From: Octopus vulgaris | Lineage: Eukaryota | DNA: 64,000 nucleotides | Direction: 5' to 3' | NCBI GenBank assembly: GCA_951406725.2 | Contig: OX597814.1 | Location: 150,536,001-150,600,000, forward strand | Shown: in pieces, positions 1 to 12,626 of the stretch | How the letters are laid out: every line of letters starts with the position of its first letter | How positions within the stretch are numbered: the first letter of the stretch is position 1 | Made by a program: the position numbers and the translations under genes | The notes under the pieces: generated by a model | Told to the model about the DNA's origin: nothing | What the model saw: the letters and a program-made list of their open reading frames with translations, nothing else | The model's database searches: none

Positions 1-13
1 AATAAACAGTAAA

Positions 14-1255
14 ATGCCTAAAACAAGGAAGTTGAGTGAGTGTGAGCGAGATCAAATCGTAGCTCATCATGTAGGTGGAATGTCTCAAAGGCAAATTGCT
101 CAGAGGATGAAATATTCTCGATGTGTGGTGCAAATGACACTCAAGAGCTTCAGAGAAACAAAGGATGCGAAGACAATACAAAGAACAGGTAGAAAAAAAG
201 GTTACATCTCGAGATAACAGACCCATCATCAGTCAGTCGCTCAGAAATAGGAGAAAAACATCGTTAGAGCTCTGTCCGGACTTCAACGTGGCAAATACTT
301 CACAAATATCAACTAGAACTGTTAGAAGAAGGCTTGTAGAGTACGGTCTGAAAGGCTGTAAAGCCAGAAAGAAGCTATGAGTTTCTGAAGCGAATATGGA
401 AAAACGTTTTCAGTAGGCCAATAACAACTCAAATTGGACCAATGAGCAATGTTCGAAAGTTATATGGTCTGATGAAAGTAACTATGAGGTAAGACACTAC
501 ATGTTTTCAATCAACTTATAAACTTAACGTAACTTGTTTGTTGCTCAAAATTTATATCAAGACTATTGAAAAGGTTGCAAGACGCAATGAAAATTTTAGG
601 AAAATAAGAATAAGAAATAAGTGGTAATTTTACCGGTGAGTGTGTTACATTATAAGGCACAAAAAGAAAATGACTCTCCCCAGACATAACAGTATATAAA
701 AACAGTATCCAACATAAAGCTAATATTTTTTTGTTTTTACTTAGGTTTTCAGTACATCTGATACAACTTTCGTGCGTCGCAGAGTTGGGGAAGCATTTAA
801 GGCTGAATGTCTGGCACCAACCGTAAAGCATGGGGGTGGTTCTATCATGATGTGGGCCTGCATGTCTGTCACAGGACCCGGAGAAATGTTTTTATGTCGG
901 AAGGATAAATTCAGCACCTATGTTTCTATGGTATCGGATGTTTTAGAGCCATCGATTGCTAAATTGCATCCAGGAGTGTCGAAAACAGGACAACGCTCCA
1001 TGCCATACAGCAAAGAATACTCGTCAATGGCTTGAGACACAGGCTATTGTTCCCATGGACTAGCCAGCTCGAAGTCCCAATCTAAATCCAAATCCGATCG
1101 AACACCTATGGAGAACCCTTGGTGAAGCTATCTGGAACACAACAATTAAAAATGAAGAGCATTTGTAGTAAAAGTTGAGGGAGGAATTGAGTAAAATTGC
1201 GCCTAACCGTATAAAAGCGGTAATTGATACTAAAGGAGGGTCAACCAGATATTAA
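14..1255 (+). pseudogene. Tc1 transposase pseudogene with a spliceosomal intron at 489-744
   Basis: Contains frameshifts and stops. Donor GAG|GTAAGA at 488/489, branch CTAAT near 720, acceptor ttgtttttacttag| at 744. Splicing joins WSDESNYE to VFSTSDTTFVRRR in frame. Confidence 0.8.
567..686. repeat. ~120-bp dispersed repeat with TG...CA ends, copy 1, inside the Tc1 intron
   Basis: Colinear match to 31672-31790 (aaggttgcaagacgca...gactctcnccagaca). Confidence 0.75.
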
Positions 1256-2110
1256 AACCAATATATATTATGAAATGTACCACAATCTACCATGTGCACG
1301 AGCTTCATTAACATTGAGATAACAGAACTCCAAAACATTGGGGTGACCTAATACTTTTGACCAAGGCTGTAGATACTGATGGATACTGATGATGATGAAC
1401 TATAAGGCAGAAGATATTGTCTCTCATATTCCCATTCTGTCACAATCATACCTCACACAATAGTTAAAATCTCTCGTGGTAAGATGTACTCACAGCATTA
1501 CGATTCTTATTTGCTCTGTAACGTATTTCTCTTGAAGTAATGTATGCATACATATTGTACAATGTATCTTTAGAAATTGTTATTCTCATACATAAAGCGA
1601 TTGTGTTGTTGCTTGTTTGTTGCTTTTAGGAAAACATCTTTAGGATCGAATTATCACTTTAAAACATGAAAAGCAATAAGAAATCAATTTTGCTCTACGT
1701 AACTATGCGTTACGGTATGTTTTCAGAGACTTATTATTTTCGTAGTCCTGGGTGGAGTTTCATTCATATATACATGTTATCTTCCCACTTGTTTTTGCTT
1801 GAGGAACTCTTGATGAACGAGTCGATAAAGTACTGGACAAATAACTGTGTGAATAACAGTTATTATATGGCCTCATAGGAGTAAAGAAACGAAATAAAGT
1901 TAGGGAATTGAGTCTCCTACTCCAACTCGTTTTTTCCCTGATAAGGATCTTGAGAATAAAAATTATCTACTTAACATCATTCTTAAATCCGTTTGGCAGT
2001 TATATTTTCATGCACAGCAGTTCTGAAATCGCTTCTATATAAATAATATTTATAACGCGGCATCACATTTTCATTACAACTCTTTGTTCAATAAGTCAGT
2101 GAGGTGATTA

Positions 2111-4245
2111 CATTGGTCAACAAGTATTTTTCATAAAGCAAAGGTAAATGTGTACTTAGTGTAGTTTTTAATGCTGATTTCAAATATACAATTAGTTTTT
2201 TGACATCACGTACAGTTTTCAAGATGAGAAAGTTTTTTTTGGTTTTAGCTCATGCATTATATATAAATTCCAATTAATGACGTGAACGCATGTATTTCAT
2301 TTACATCATGGAAACATATCTTTAAAATAAACTACATTATTCATTGATGCATAGTGTAGATACAATATTTCATCATCTTAAATTAACCATTGAAGTTTTG
2401 TCTGATGAAATAGGGATTTCAGCATCTCAAATTGTCCAGTCATAATTGGTCCGATGAAATACTTCATCATCACAAATTCATTATAAGAACAATCATTTGT
2501 ATTTATTTCCTTACTTATTTTACAGTTTTATCAATGTCAAGAAATCGTCCTGGTGGGTTGTGTTATGTTTGTGGACATATAAGTCCATGCCTTTTGCCAT
2601 TCTAATATGGAGGAAGCCGAAAAACTATTTTCAGGATTTTCTATGACAAATAAACACAAAACCGTGTATCCCAATTTGGATTCTGCAATGTGATCTGCAC
2701 CTCACAATGGAAGTTTGCCAATTCCAGTTCCACCAGATGATGGCATTGAAACATCAGATGATGATGCTGACTATCATGAAAGTGCTACTAAGGAAGATAA
2801 CGTGGCTGACGACGATAGTTTTGAACCTCAGAAATTTTCCGAAGCAGAACTCAATGACCTTGTCAGAAACTTATCCCTCTCAAAAGATAAAGCAGAACTT
2901 TTGACATCAAGACTGAAGGAGAAGTATCTGCTAGAGCACGGTGTTCGTATAACTTACCTTCGGTAGAGAAATGTGGATCTACTGTGTTTTTCCGTTGAAG
3001 GCACGCTTTGCTTTTGCAGTAACTTCGATGGACTTTTCGAATGTTTATCACAAAATCATGACCCTGCAGAGTGGCGTTTGTTTATTAACTCTTCAAAATG
3101 AATTTTAAAAGCTGTACTTCTCCATAAGGGTTATTTGAAACTCTCCATTCCTATTGCACACTATGTTCATCTTCATGAATCATATGAGAATATGGAACTG
3201 TTACTTCATGCCATTGCCTATGAAAGACACTAATGGAAAATATGTGAAAATATGCAATAAAGTCTCACAAAATACTGTTGTTTATTGTGTCTCTGAGATA
3301 GCAGGGCAACCGACAGACATAATTCGGAATCAAACAGGCAGAGAAGAACATCATACTAGCGAGGACTCTCTAGCGTCCAGAATACATCTCTTCTAGATCC
3401 ATGTAATGTCTTATTGATTCCTTTCCACATAAAGCTTGGAGTGGTAAAACACTTTGTAAAGACACTAGAGAAGAGAAATGCCAGAGGGTTGAGTATATTA
3501 TAGAAAAGTTTACCAAAATTACAGAGTCGAATTTGAAAGAGGGTAACTTTGTCGGACCCCAAATTAGAGAAGTACTCAAAGATGTCAACATCAAGACAAC
3601 ACTGGATGAACGGGAACTGCATACTTGGAATGCTTTAAATTGGATCTGTGAAATTTCATGGGCAACAAGAAGGCAATGGACTACAAGGATGGCATCAAGA
3701 ATCTTCTGAAGTGTTACTCAGCAATGGGTTGTCGCATGTGACTGAAAGTTCACGTCTTGGACTCCCGTCTGGGTTTCTTCGCAGATAACCTTGGAGCAGT
3801 GTCTGATGAACATGTTGAAAGATTTCAGCAGGACATTAGTGCTATGGAGAAACGCTACAAAGGCTTCTGGAATGACAGTATGCTGGCTGACTACTTCTGG
3901 ACACTTTCCATGATCAACCAGGAAATCCAAATCACAATGTTTCTAACTGTGTTGTTCTCACTTTGTTTTGTCTGACCCATACTTTGTGTATTCACCCTTT
4001 GTCGAATGATAGCGATGTTTTTTAACTCAATAAATTCATTTACTTTCTAAAAATAATATGTCCTTCTTTATTACGTTAATGATTTCATATATACAAATAT
4101 GTAAATATTTTCATGTATCTACTGAAAACCTGATACGAGCTGCATACAAATGGAGAAAAATTCTGGAATCACAATGAAAAATTAGTCTTAAAAAGTTGTT
4201 TTACATTCATAATGAGTATAATACATTTAATTTTGTTCACCAGTG
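2111..4245 (+). mobile_element. CMC/Chapaev3-like DNA transposon, both ends present, internally degenerate
   Basis: TIRs CATTGGTCAACAA / TTGTTCACCAGTG match at 11/13. TTA flanks both ends (2108-2110, 4246-4248). Transposase motifs CYVCG, ELNDLVRNLSLSKDKAELL, HIKLG, FVGPQIR and NLGAVSDEHVERFQQDI are present. Confidence 0.8.
2534..3915 (+). pseudogene. Chapaev3-like transposase pseudogene
   Basis: ORF fragments 2715-2966 and 3757-3975 and intervening frames carry the conserved motifs, broken by multiple stops, frameshifts and deletions. Confidence 0.75.
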
Positions 4246-5655
4246 TTATTTAACTTTTTATAGTCATCAAAGATCGGAGCCCAATGTTTTTATTTTTTCT
4301 CTTTGCTTCTCTTTCTTTTTTCCTTCCTTCCTTTATTCCTTTCTTTATTTTTTTATTTATCTATACAACCAACCAACCAGACATGATTACATTGTCTGCA
4401 CATCTAGAACATCAGGAGTCTGCGAGAGAACCCCTGCTGGATTATTCAATTTGCTACAAAAATTAACCAAAACACGCATCCTATCTTTTCAAGACTTTAA
4501 TGTCTCGAAAAGAACATAAATTACACAGTACGTCTGAAAAACAAAATTTTGGGATGGTCACGATTAAAATGCTCTTGATCAAGGCTTGGCTCTTCAAATG
4601 CTGACGAACAACAATACTATTCCAACATTCGGAAATTTCCTTCGGAAATATTCCATTCGACCTAAACATGTTTTTTGCGTTCACAACTTCTCTTTTCATC
4701 ATACTCCCTACCCTATGCACGTCAGATAACCTCCGCTAGAAGCAGAAGCCAAATCTCCATTATCTCACGCACTACCATATTTAAAAAGAAAAATATTTCA
4801 CTGGTTAATGAAGTTATAGTTATGCTAGAAAGAAGCGGGTTCCGGCAAAACAACAACACTCATACAAAACTGCTCATCAGAATCGCTTTTTTCTCGAATC
4901 CCTTCTCTCTACGTAGTTATCTCTAACAAGTATTTGGCAACTAAACTAAACAGTAATAAAGTCAACATTATGTCATTACGTTTGTATTTTGAAAACAATA
5001 GGTTGTGTTTATATTGAAAAATTTATATTAGGTCACTCGCCAATCTGTAAGTTCCAACGAAGAGAAAAGAAGGAAGTAAAATTTTTTAATGTTGAGTGAT
5101 GCGTTGGACTGTCGTTTACAGTGTGCTCAGTACTGTCCTTCACAACGAGTTAAGATGGCGTCATGTATTTAAAGAGATGTATTTTTAATTATCCAAATGG
5201 TCACCATATTGATGGTATAAAGTTACACACAGATACGCTCCAGACCGTATCCCACAATTAGGCTGTCTATTTTATTTTCTTACCTCTTGTGCCGGTAACG
5301 ATAGGCCTCCACTCCTCGGAAATGGATTGGCTTCTTACACTACTACTTAATTTGTCACCTAGTATAACACCATCCGCAAGCCCACTAGTGCCTTTCGTGT
5401 AATGAACGAATATATCAGTAAGCGTTCCTACCTAGTTTATGGCCTGAGGATATTGCGATCTCATGATTTGCCGAAACCTAATACATTGTGCGAACAAGGT
5501 GTCCCTCTGAACATAACTTCTGTACTTGTCTCCACCAATCTTGATGCTACCCTACTTCTTCTGAATGAGCAATAAAATAAATGCATAAAAGCAAACGAAA
5601 AATCTACCCATGGGTTGTTCAAAAAATACCACAGCAATAATTTTAGGCAAAATGT

Positions 5656-6785
5656 ATGTCACAGCAATTAATTGTATCTTTAAAAATTCTTCAGAAGAAA
5701 TTCCCCACTGCTTAGCTTTTGGGTCGTGAGAACATATCCAGTGATTATATTTCTAATAACCTTCTTAAAACAAGGAAATACTTCTAGCATCAAATTCTTT
5801 GGATGACAGAAACGTTCTTCACCAATTTTCTGCGATATCAAAACTATTTACGAAATAAAAGATTCAGTTTATTTAGCCTCTGTGTTATCAAACTGCTTTA
5901 TATTTCAAGCAGCTTTTTATTTCTAAAAAGTTCATTCTAAAAGAAAGATTATACTTATATCGTTCTTTCTAGTGGACATATTGTCTAAATGTAAGGAGAT
6001 AAACTTAAAGAAGAGTTAAAGAAAGAGGTTTTATACTATTTACTTTTAGTTGGTACTATTTACTTTTAGCTGTTACTATACAACACTTCATTGAATCTGA
6101 TTTGGTCCATATCCTAAAATAATTGCTATCATATTGATACTTAAGAAAGAGATCACCGTAGTGTATATTTCTCTCTCTGTATATAAATGCACATATGTCA
6201 GTGCAATTTATTGTATTTTTAAAATTCTTCAGAAGAAATTCCCCTCTGCATAGCTTTTGGGTCGTGAGAACATTTCCACTGATTATATTTCTAGTAACCT
6301 TCTTAAAACAAGGAAATACTTCTAGCATCAAATTCTTTTCATGACAGAAACATTCTTCACCAATTCTCTGTAATATCAATACTATTTACAAAATAAAATA
6401 TTCAGGTTATTTAACCTCTGTGTTATCAAACTACTTTATATTTGAAGCAGCTTTTAATTTCTAAAAAGTTCATTCTAAAAGAAAGATTATACTTATATCG
6501 TTCTTTCTAGTTTACATATTGTCTAAATGTAGGGAGATAAACTGAAAGAAGCGTTAAAGAAAGAAGTTTTATACTATTTACTTTTAGTTTTCTTTTTGAT
6601 TCGAGTTCCAACTAAGCTGTATATTGATTTCATATTTCTATGGCCATTAAAAGAGCTGCTGGTACTATACAACACTTCACTGAGTCTAATTTGGTCCATT
6701 TGCTAAAGTAATCGCTATGATAATGATACTTAAGAAAGAGATCACCGCAGTGTATATTTCTCTCTCTGTATATAAATGCACATAT
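5656..6785. repeat. Tandem duplication, two diverged units of ~540-590 bp
   Basis: 5656-6050 aligns with 6196-6590, and 6068-6195 aligns with 6657-6785. Confidence 0.85.
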
Positions 6786-6804
6786 TCCTATATACATATA
6801 TGTA

Positions 6805-7212
6805 CCAGGGTGGGCTGAAAATTTTATAGGCTGACTATGAGGGAATGACACTAAAGCTGCGAAATCTTGCATTCATTAATTTCAACTCTTCCTATAGATA
6901 ACTGCTTTATTTGTTTCCAGGTAAACTGATATATGACTGTTCAGAGAGGACTGAAAGAATAATTCGTAGCGAATTCTCTTGAGAATGGACAAAATTTGGC
7001 TTAGTGGTGTTATCATATACCTGCAGAAAAAGAGTTTAGACCCCAACATCATTCGCGATGACATGATTGCTACATTATCTGACGATGCTCCAGCTTTATC
7101 AATAGGTTAAAACTGGGCAGCTGAGTTTAGGAGGGGAAGGGAGAATCATGAAGATGATCCAAGATTTGGACGTCCTCAACTGCTACTAACGAGAAAAACA
7201 TTGATCGGGTTA
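6805..7212 (+). mobile_element. mariner transposon 5' fragment
   Basis: TA followed by a TIR-like start CCAGGGTGGGCTGAAAA. ATG at 6985 gives MDKIWLSGVIIYLQKK...WAAEFRRGRENHEDDPRFGRP, the mariner HTH with an RxGRP motif. Confidence 0.85.
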
Positions 7213-7759
7213 AGGCACTGCCCACATGGCATAACAAGCTAAAACAAGACGATATGTCACGTGAGTAGAGCCCGAGGATTGCATGAAGGTACCAGACGTG
7301 TTATAACATTCTCTGTGAGTTTTATTCAGCGCATGAAACTATTAGGAGTTCATAAAAATATACACATTTGGAAACCTAACTTTACTTCTAATTCGTGTTT
7401 GAATATATCCTTACATAAGCATCATCGGGGCATCATCTTTTTAATTCTATTTGCATATAGTCATGGACTGGCGAATCCGAAACTTCTACTTCAACACCTT
7501 CATCAAGAGCAGACAGTGCTCATATAGGAAGTCAGCAATAAGAACGATCTTATTCGAGCGGGCATGGAAGCAGAAAATCCGTATGAGTTCATAAACGTAG
7601 AATATTCTTGGACCTCGTAACTTAATATATATGTTTATGATACCTGTCACTCCGGAAAAGCGTAAAATATAAGACTTGATCACATCATTTATTTCTATAA
7701 GCAACTTTCTATGTAAATACAATCCCTACCCCTATCTTACTTTTCTGCTTTGATATATA

Positions 7760-8172
7760 CAGGCTGCGATCGCTAAATTGTTACCCTTTTATATTTTTAA
7801 TTTCGTGCATGCACATTGTTGGATTTAATTTTTGTCGACTACACATAGTAGGGTCCGTTGGGCACTGTCTGTGAGAAAAACAGCACCATGAAACAATTCA
7901 CTCTGCTAGAAATTTGGAAACTACATACTGGACTACTTGGCAGTCGCACAGGAAGATCCAATACAAACATTTCAGAGTGTTTGGGTGTCACTCTGAGGAC
8001 ATGTATCGAGAGTGATAAAAATCAAGCATGCAGTAAACACCATAGTTGTTGGAGTGATCACTAGTTGTGGCGATGTCATACCTCTATTCATCTTCCAACA
8101 CAGCCTCACACTCGATACGGAGGCCTACATCAAGTGCCCAGAAGCGCTAGTTCTCTCTTGGAACAAGAGGGT
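7760..8172 (+). mobile_element. Tc1/mariner (maT/DD37D-like) internally deleted fragment
   Basis: Starts TA-CAGG. HTH-like MKQFT...ISECLGVTLRT is joined to the catalytic-region motif KH....VVGVITSCGDVIPLFIF..SLTLDTEAYIKC. Confidence 0.65.
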
Positions 8173-8299
8173 AGATGACACAAGAAAAGGAAAGAAGAAT
8201 ATGTCGTTAGTTAAGACTCGTAACACACGAAATAAACATAAAGAAAATAACACTGAAAACGGGAAAATTAGGCACAACATTAGTAAGGAAACAGCAAAA

Positions 8300-8700
8300 G
8301 GTCCTGATAATAAAACCTGTGATTGTGGTAATAAAACCAAAATAGTTGTCCATTAAGAAATTTTTGTAGAGAAAAGGTATAATTTATAGGTTAAAGTAAT
8401 GTCTGAGAGGAAGGATTACTACTATACAGGCTCAACGAAATATTATGTAAAAGAAGGTGGCCAACCATGAAAGCACTTTTAGAGATAACAGAAAAGAAGC
8501 TAATACTAATAAATTAATTTGGGAGATTAAGGACAAAAATAGGTAATTAGCAGAACAAAATCTTATAGGTTTGGAAGCAAAAGGTGTGATTATGCATGGA
8601 AGAAATTTTCCCGATTATTACATCCAAGCACAAACTAATCAAAAATAAAAGAGAAAGAGGTTTTTCTTTCCCACAAAGGATTAAATATATGTTTAATAAA
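8300..8700 (+). mobile_element. Penelope-like element GIY-YIG endonuclease remnant
   Basis: Frameshifted CDC..K..SCPL..FC...GIIY...YYTGST, then LIWEIKDKN and YRFGSKRC motifs. Confidence 0.6.
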
Positions 8701-8924
8701 TTCAAATAAAAAAATTAGACATTATAGGAATAAATATACGTCTAGTAATTTCAAATAAATATAATCATATAGCCAGAATGTGAATACATATATATCTAGA
8801 ACTAATAATTCTATATTAACCAAATGGAGGAATACACACTGAAACGCTTACTATCAGCTGATGTATCAAAATGAATAATTTAAGAATTATATTAAATGAA
8901 TTCTTCATGCAGAGAACGTGCTCT

Positions 8925-9190
8925 TTCGAAGCTGACGACACTCTCCTTAACCTGCTTCCTCTGATATCATGAGGCGATGGCGCACAAGCACCGGTTATGT
9001 TGGACTGGACACCTTATTAGAATGTAGGATAGCAGGATCCCTAAACATATACTATATGAGGAACTTGTTAGTGGAAAGAGACCCCGGCAGAAACCAAGTT
9101 TGCGATTTAAGGAGTGTGTCAAGTCCTCATTAATGGATTGTTTGTGCAGGAGACCAACTAGGAGCGCAATGCGTGCCCTCACCACAGATA
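8925..9190 (+). mobile_element. RTE-clade LINE 3' fragment
   Basis: HRLCWTGHLIRM*DSRIPKHILYEELVSGKRPRQKPSLRFKECVK, a typical RTE ORF C-terminus. Confidence 0.8.
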
Positions 9191-9192
9191 TG

Positions 9193-9244
<52 letters not shown>

Positions 9245-9260
9245 CATACTTATGTATGTA

Positions 9261-9450
9261 TCTAATAAGGTGTCCAGTCCAACGTAACCGGTGCTTGTCC
9301 ATTATCACCTCAATACCCAAGGTATCAGATAGAGGAGGCAGGTTAAGGAAAGTGTCATTAGCCACCAACGGAGTCGCAAATGCAAAATATTAGTCCAAGA
9401 GTGCACAATGTTCCTAAAGGCCTGGTCTTAGTCGGTCACGAGTGGACGAC
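9261..9450 (-). mobile_element. RTE-clade LINE fragment, inverted relative to 8925-9190
   Basis: KHRLRWTGHLIR on the minus strand. 9261-9362 is the diverged reverse complement of 8931-9021. Confidence 0.75.
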
Positions 9451-9506
9451 CATCAAATATGTGTGAGTGTGTGTATCTAGACACACACACACACACACAC
9501 ACACAT

Positions 9507-9555
<49 letters not shown>

Positions 9556-9852
9556 TATATAGATATGTATGTACATATGTATATACCATGTGTTACAGAG
9601 TTATTATATCATACCATGATACTTTGTGGACTAAGATACCCGTTGATAGGCTGCTGGTATTTATAGAGTGTTAAGCACCTTCGGTATGCAAATCAGGGAC
9701 CCCTTCATAGAGTAACTACTGCATTTGTTGAGTATATAAACAGTTTGGCTGTTTTTTTTTCTCTATATATATATTTGATAAATTTTTAAATAATAAAATG
9801 TTGGGGTGAGCGTAATAGTAAGCATAGGGATGGTGAGGGCAGTAGCAAAGGC

Positions 9853-9895
<43 letters not shown>

Positions 9896-12471
9896 GAAAA
9901 AGAAAGAAAAAAAGAGGGCGACAAAGAAATTTAGGGAGAGTTGACGTTTTTTATTAAAAGTAGTAGTGTTGATGGTGGCAGTGGGAGTAATAATAAGAGA
10001 GAGAGAGAGAGAGAAAGAGTGGGTGTGTGAGAGAAAGAGGAACTGAACACTTAACTAAGATGCTGAACTAACATATTGAACCAACACACTAATTTATCTT
10101 TATGTGATGGTAATGGGGTGACAGTAATAGTATGAACTGTAGTTGTAATAGAGACGCAGGAGGTGATGGTGGTGGTGGTGATGGTGCTATATATATATAT
10201 ATATATATGTGTTTGTATGTATGTGTGTATATGTATATGGAGAGAGAGAGGGGAGAGAAGTAGTTGTAGATATATGGATATAGATAGAGATAGGTGATTT
10301 GAAGATTTTTAATAAATCTCCTGTACTTTATGATAATGCACCAACGTGGGAAATTGAGTAAGAAATCACTAACCTTTGACCGTCATAACAAACCCCAGCA
10401 AAGTTTCTATATGGTATTAAAGAACACATTTCTCGTCATATACTCCATAGATGAATTTCCAAAACATTTTTCAGTATGCTGACTTAAGATGAAAATAAAA
10501 GTTGTTATCTCTCAGCCCAAAATATAACCTGCAAAATATAACTATGGTATGATTTACATAAAGGATCTTTGTCCGTTTCGACAATGAGCAATTGTTTAAT
10601 CAACTGAACTACTTATTAAATTAGCGTGTAAATGGATGATTATTCCAAAGACATTTGTACCGTTTATGCAAACATCACGCAAAATCAATATGCCAGTGTC
10701 TATGAGAAAGCTAATTATTAGACTTACCTGTACTGCCCGTCCAACGATAGCCACATATCTTCCGTCTGTCTCTTTTTTTTTTTTTTTTTCACAAAGTTTC
10801 GGTCGGTTTGAGACTTAGATAAAAGCCACTTGCACAGAATGTCACTGTGTATCGACCGGTAAACTTCAGAATTGTGAAGTGAACCTACTTAAGCATACGG
10901 TCAAACCTGCATTCATCAATCATGATATAACTTCAACGTAAATGAGATAAAGTAAATTATTAATCCATGCAACACACAAGCCAGTGTTCAACAGAGTGCA
11001 TATTTTCCCAGCTTGTTTTCAAAGTATTACTAAGTCTTATATACGAAAACGTACGTTGTTATCAAAAGAACTTATACGAGCAATATCAAGGTTTTAAGAT
11101 ATTCAGAAATGTTTCAATTAGAATCCAGCTACATACTGGTTACTAGCACAAATTCTGAGAAAACAACTAACAAACTGGTAGGTTATTTCTTTAAAAATCC
11201 TAATTGTTTGTATGTGGAATAAAAGCATCAATCAGAACAAAAGTACGAATGAATTTTAACTAACCTCCAGTTATGTTTCTATCAAAACACCTAAATATGT
11301 GATTTGATGCTTATCGTTTTTCAAATTAGTAAACCCTTTTATCATACAGTCAAAACAATCGACAATCTGATTAATACCATATACAGCAGAAAATTATAAT
11401 ACTAATTCAAGTCACGAATTTCTTGAAATGTTCAATACTGTGAACTACCAAAGCTATAGCAGTTTCTGTGATGCAGAATCATTGTGACCGTACTGGTTCA
11501 CATAGCCATTATCACTACGAGAATAAGTCGCATTTGGCACTCTCTTACATTACCCATTTTCCCTCTACTCAAAGAAAATTTTGCGGAAAGAAATCAATTA
11601 GTATGAATTGCTCTAAAAATGCAGTTCCAGTCTCCATCCAGGAACTTTAAATGAGGTTGGAACAGTTTTCCCTATCAGTTAAACATTTTTCAATTACTGT
11701 GGATATCTATTCAAGCCAAATACCCAGTTGCATAAGAGGGAATTTCACATAATCGAATGACGTGTTGGAAATAGAAGACAGCTCATCCTAAAACTCTACC
11801 TACCGTCTTAAAGCAAGAATGTATTGATAAATACATATGCCATTGAATGAAAAAAGAAGCAGGGTGATCACGATGTTCTAAAGTGAAACGACATTATCAA
11901 CAATAGTAGCAATGGCAAGAGTATCAAACACAGCTTTTGTTATAGGTAAATATAAAACGTTTTCCAATGAAGCTAATACTCTTAAAGATAAATCCGAAGC
12001 CAGTTTAACCTTGGAATTTACTTCAGATTCTAACATCAATAAAGAACAGTGTATCTTAATTTTTGAAAATGGCAGTCTCTGATAACGAATTGGAAACTTG
12101 CGATAACAACGCTATCAAGTAATATATTTTGAAAGAAATGACACTTCACTCAAAGTAAACATGTCTATTTATCAAAATACTTCGAAAAAGAGTGTTTGCT
12201 ATAAATTCAATTTCCATTATCTTAGCTACATAAATATTTTCTATTGAGCAGTATTTAGTTAAAAGCCATGTTTCGTAGAACAAGCTTCATCTACAGGATC
12301 ACTCAGTCTCTAGAAACAGCAACTAAATCTCTCTAAAATCATATACCAGATTTTTAAAAAAAACGGAAATGATCAGTGACTAATATATTCTAAATACCCT
12401 TAAAAATGTGATATGCCCACACTTGAAATGCATTTTTGACCATTTACCTGCTCGTCTAAGGTTGCCCTTAC

Positions 12472-12626
12472 CTTTTCAATCGAAAGTAAATACCTATATT
12501 CTACAGAAAGCGCTACAGTTAACAGTAAGCAGAGTAAGATTTTATCGGCCATAATATAATCTCTTACACAACACAAAGTCTTCATCGGTCTTGTAACTGG
12601 ATTAATGTATTATTCAATGCTTTTTT
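12472..12626 (-). CDS. Candidate host exon encoding a signal-peptide-like N-terminus
   Basis: Acceptor tctctttag|. ATG at 12552 gives MADKILLCLLLTVALSVEYR. Possible donors ATAG|gtattt or AAG|gtaagg. Non-repetitive context. Confidence 0.35.

Larger units (their letters stand above)
1..1369 (+). mobile_element. Tc1-family DNA transposon, degenerate; left end lies outside the window
   Basis: N-terminal HTH (MPKTRKLSECERDQIV...), then WSDES, TVKHGGGSIMMW, QDNAPCH and SPNLNP..IEHLW motifs. The right end reads ...CCTAATACTTTTGACCAAGGCTG followed by TA at 1370-1371. Confidence 0.9.

Noticed and set aside
5035-5170. Promoter (CCAAT plus YY1-like AAGATGGCG)
   Set aside because: Such short motifs are expected by chance, and there is no CpG-rich context or downstream gene model.
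5441-5485. Hammerhead-like CTGAGGA...GCCGAAACCTA
   Set aside because: Stem I and stem III do not pair convincingly. At most a heavily decayed motif.
10374-10482. Minus-strand exon with an in-frame TGA (possible selenocysteine)
   Set aside because: All three frames contain stops, I recognise no SECIS or homology, and the exon itself is unsupported.
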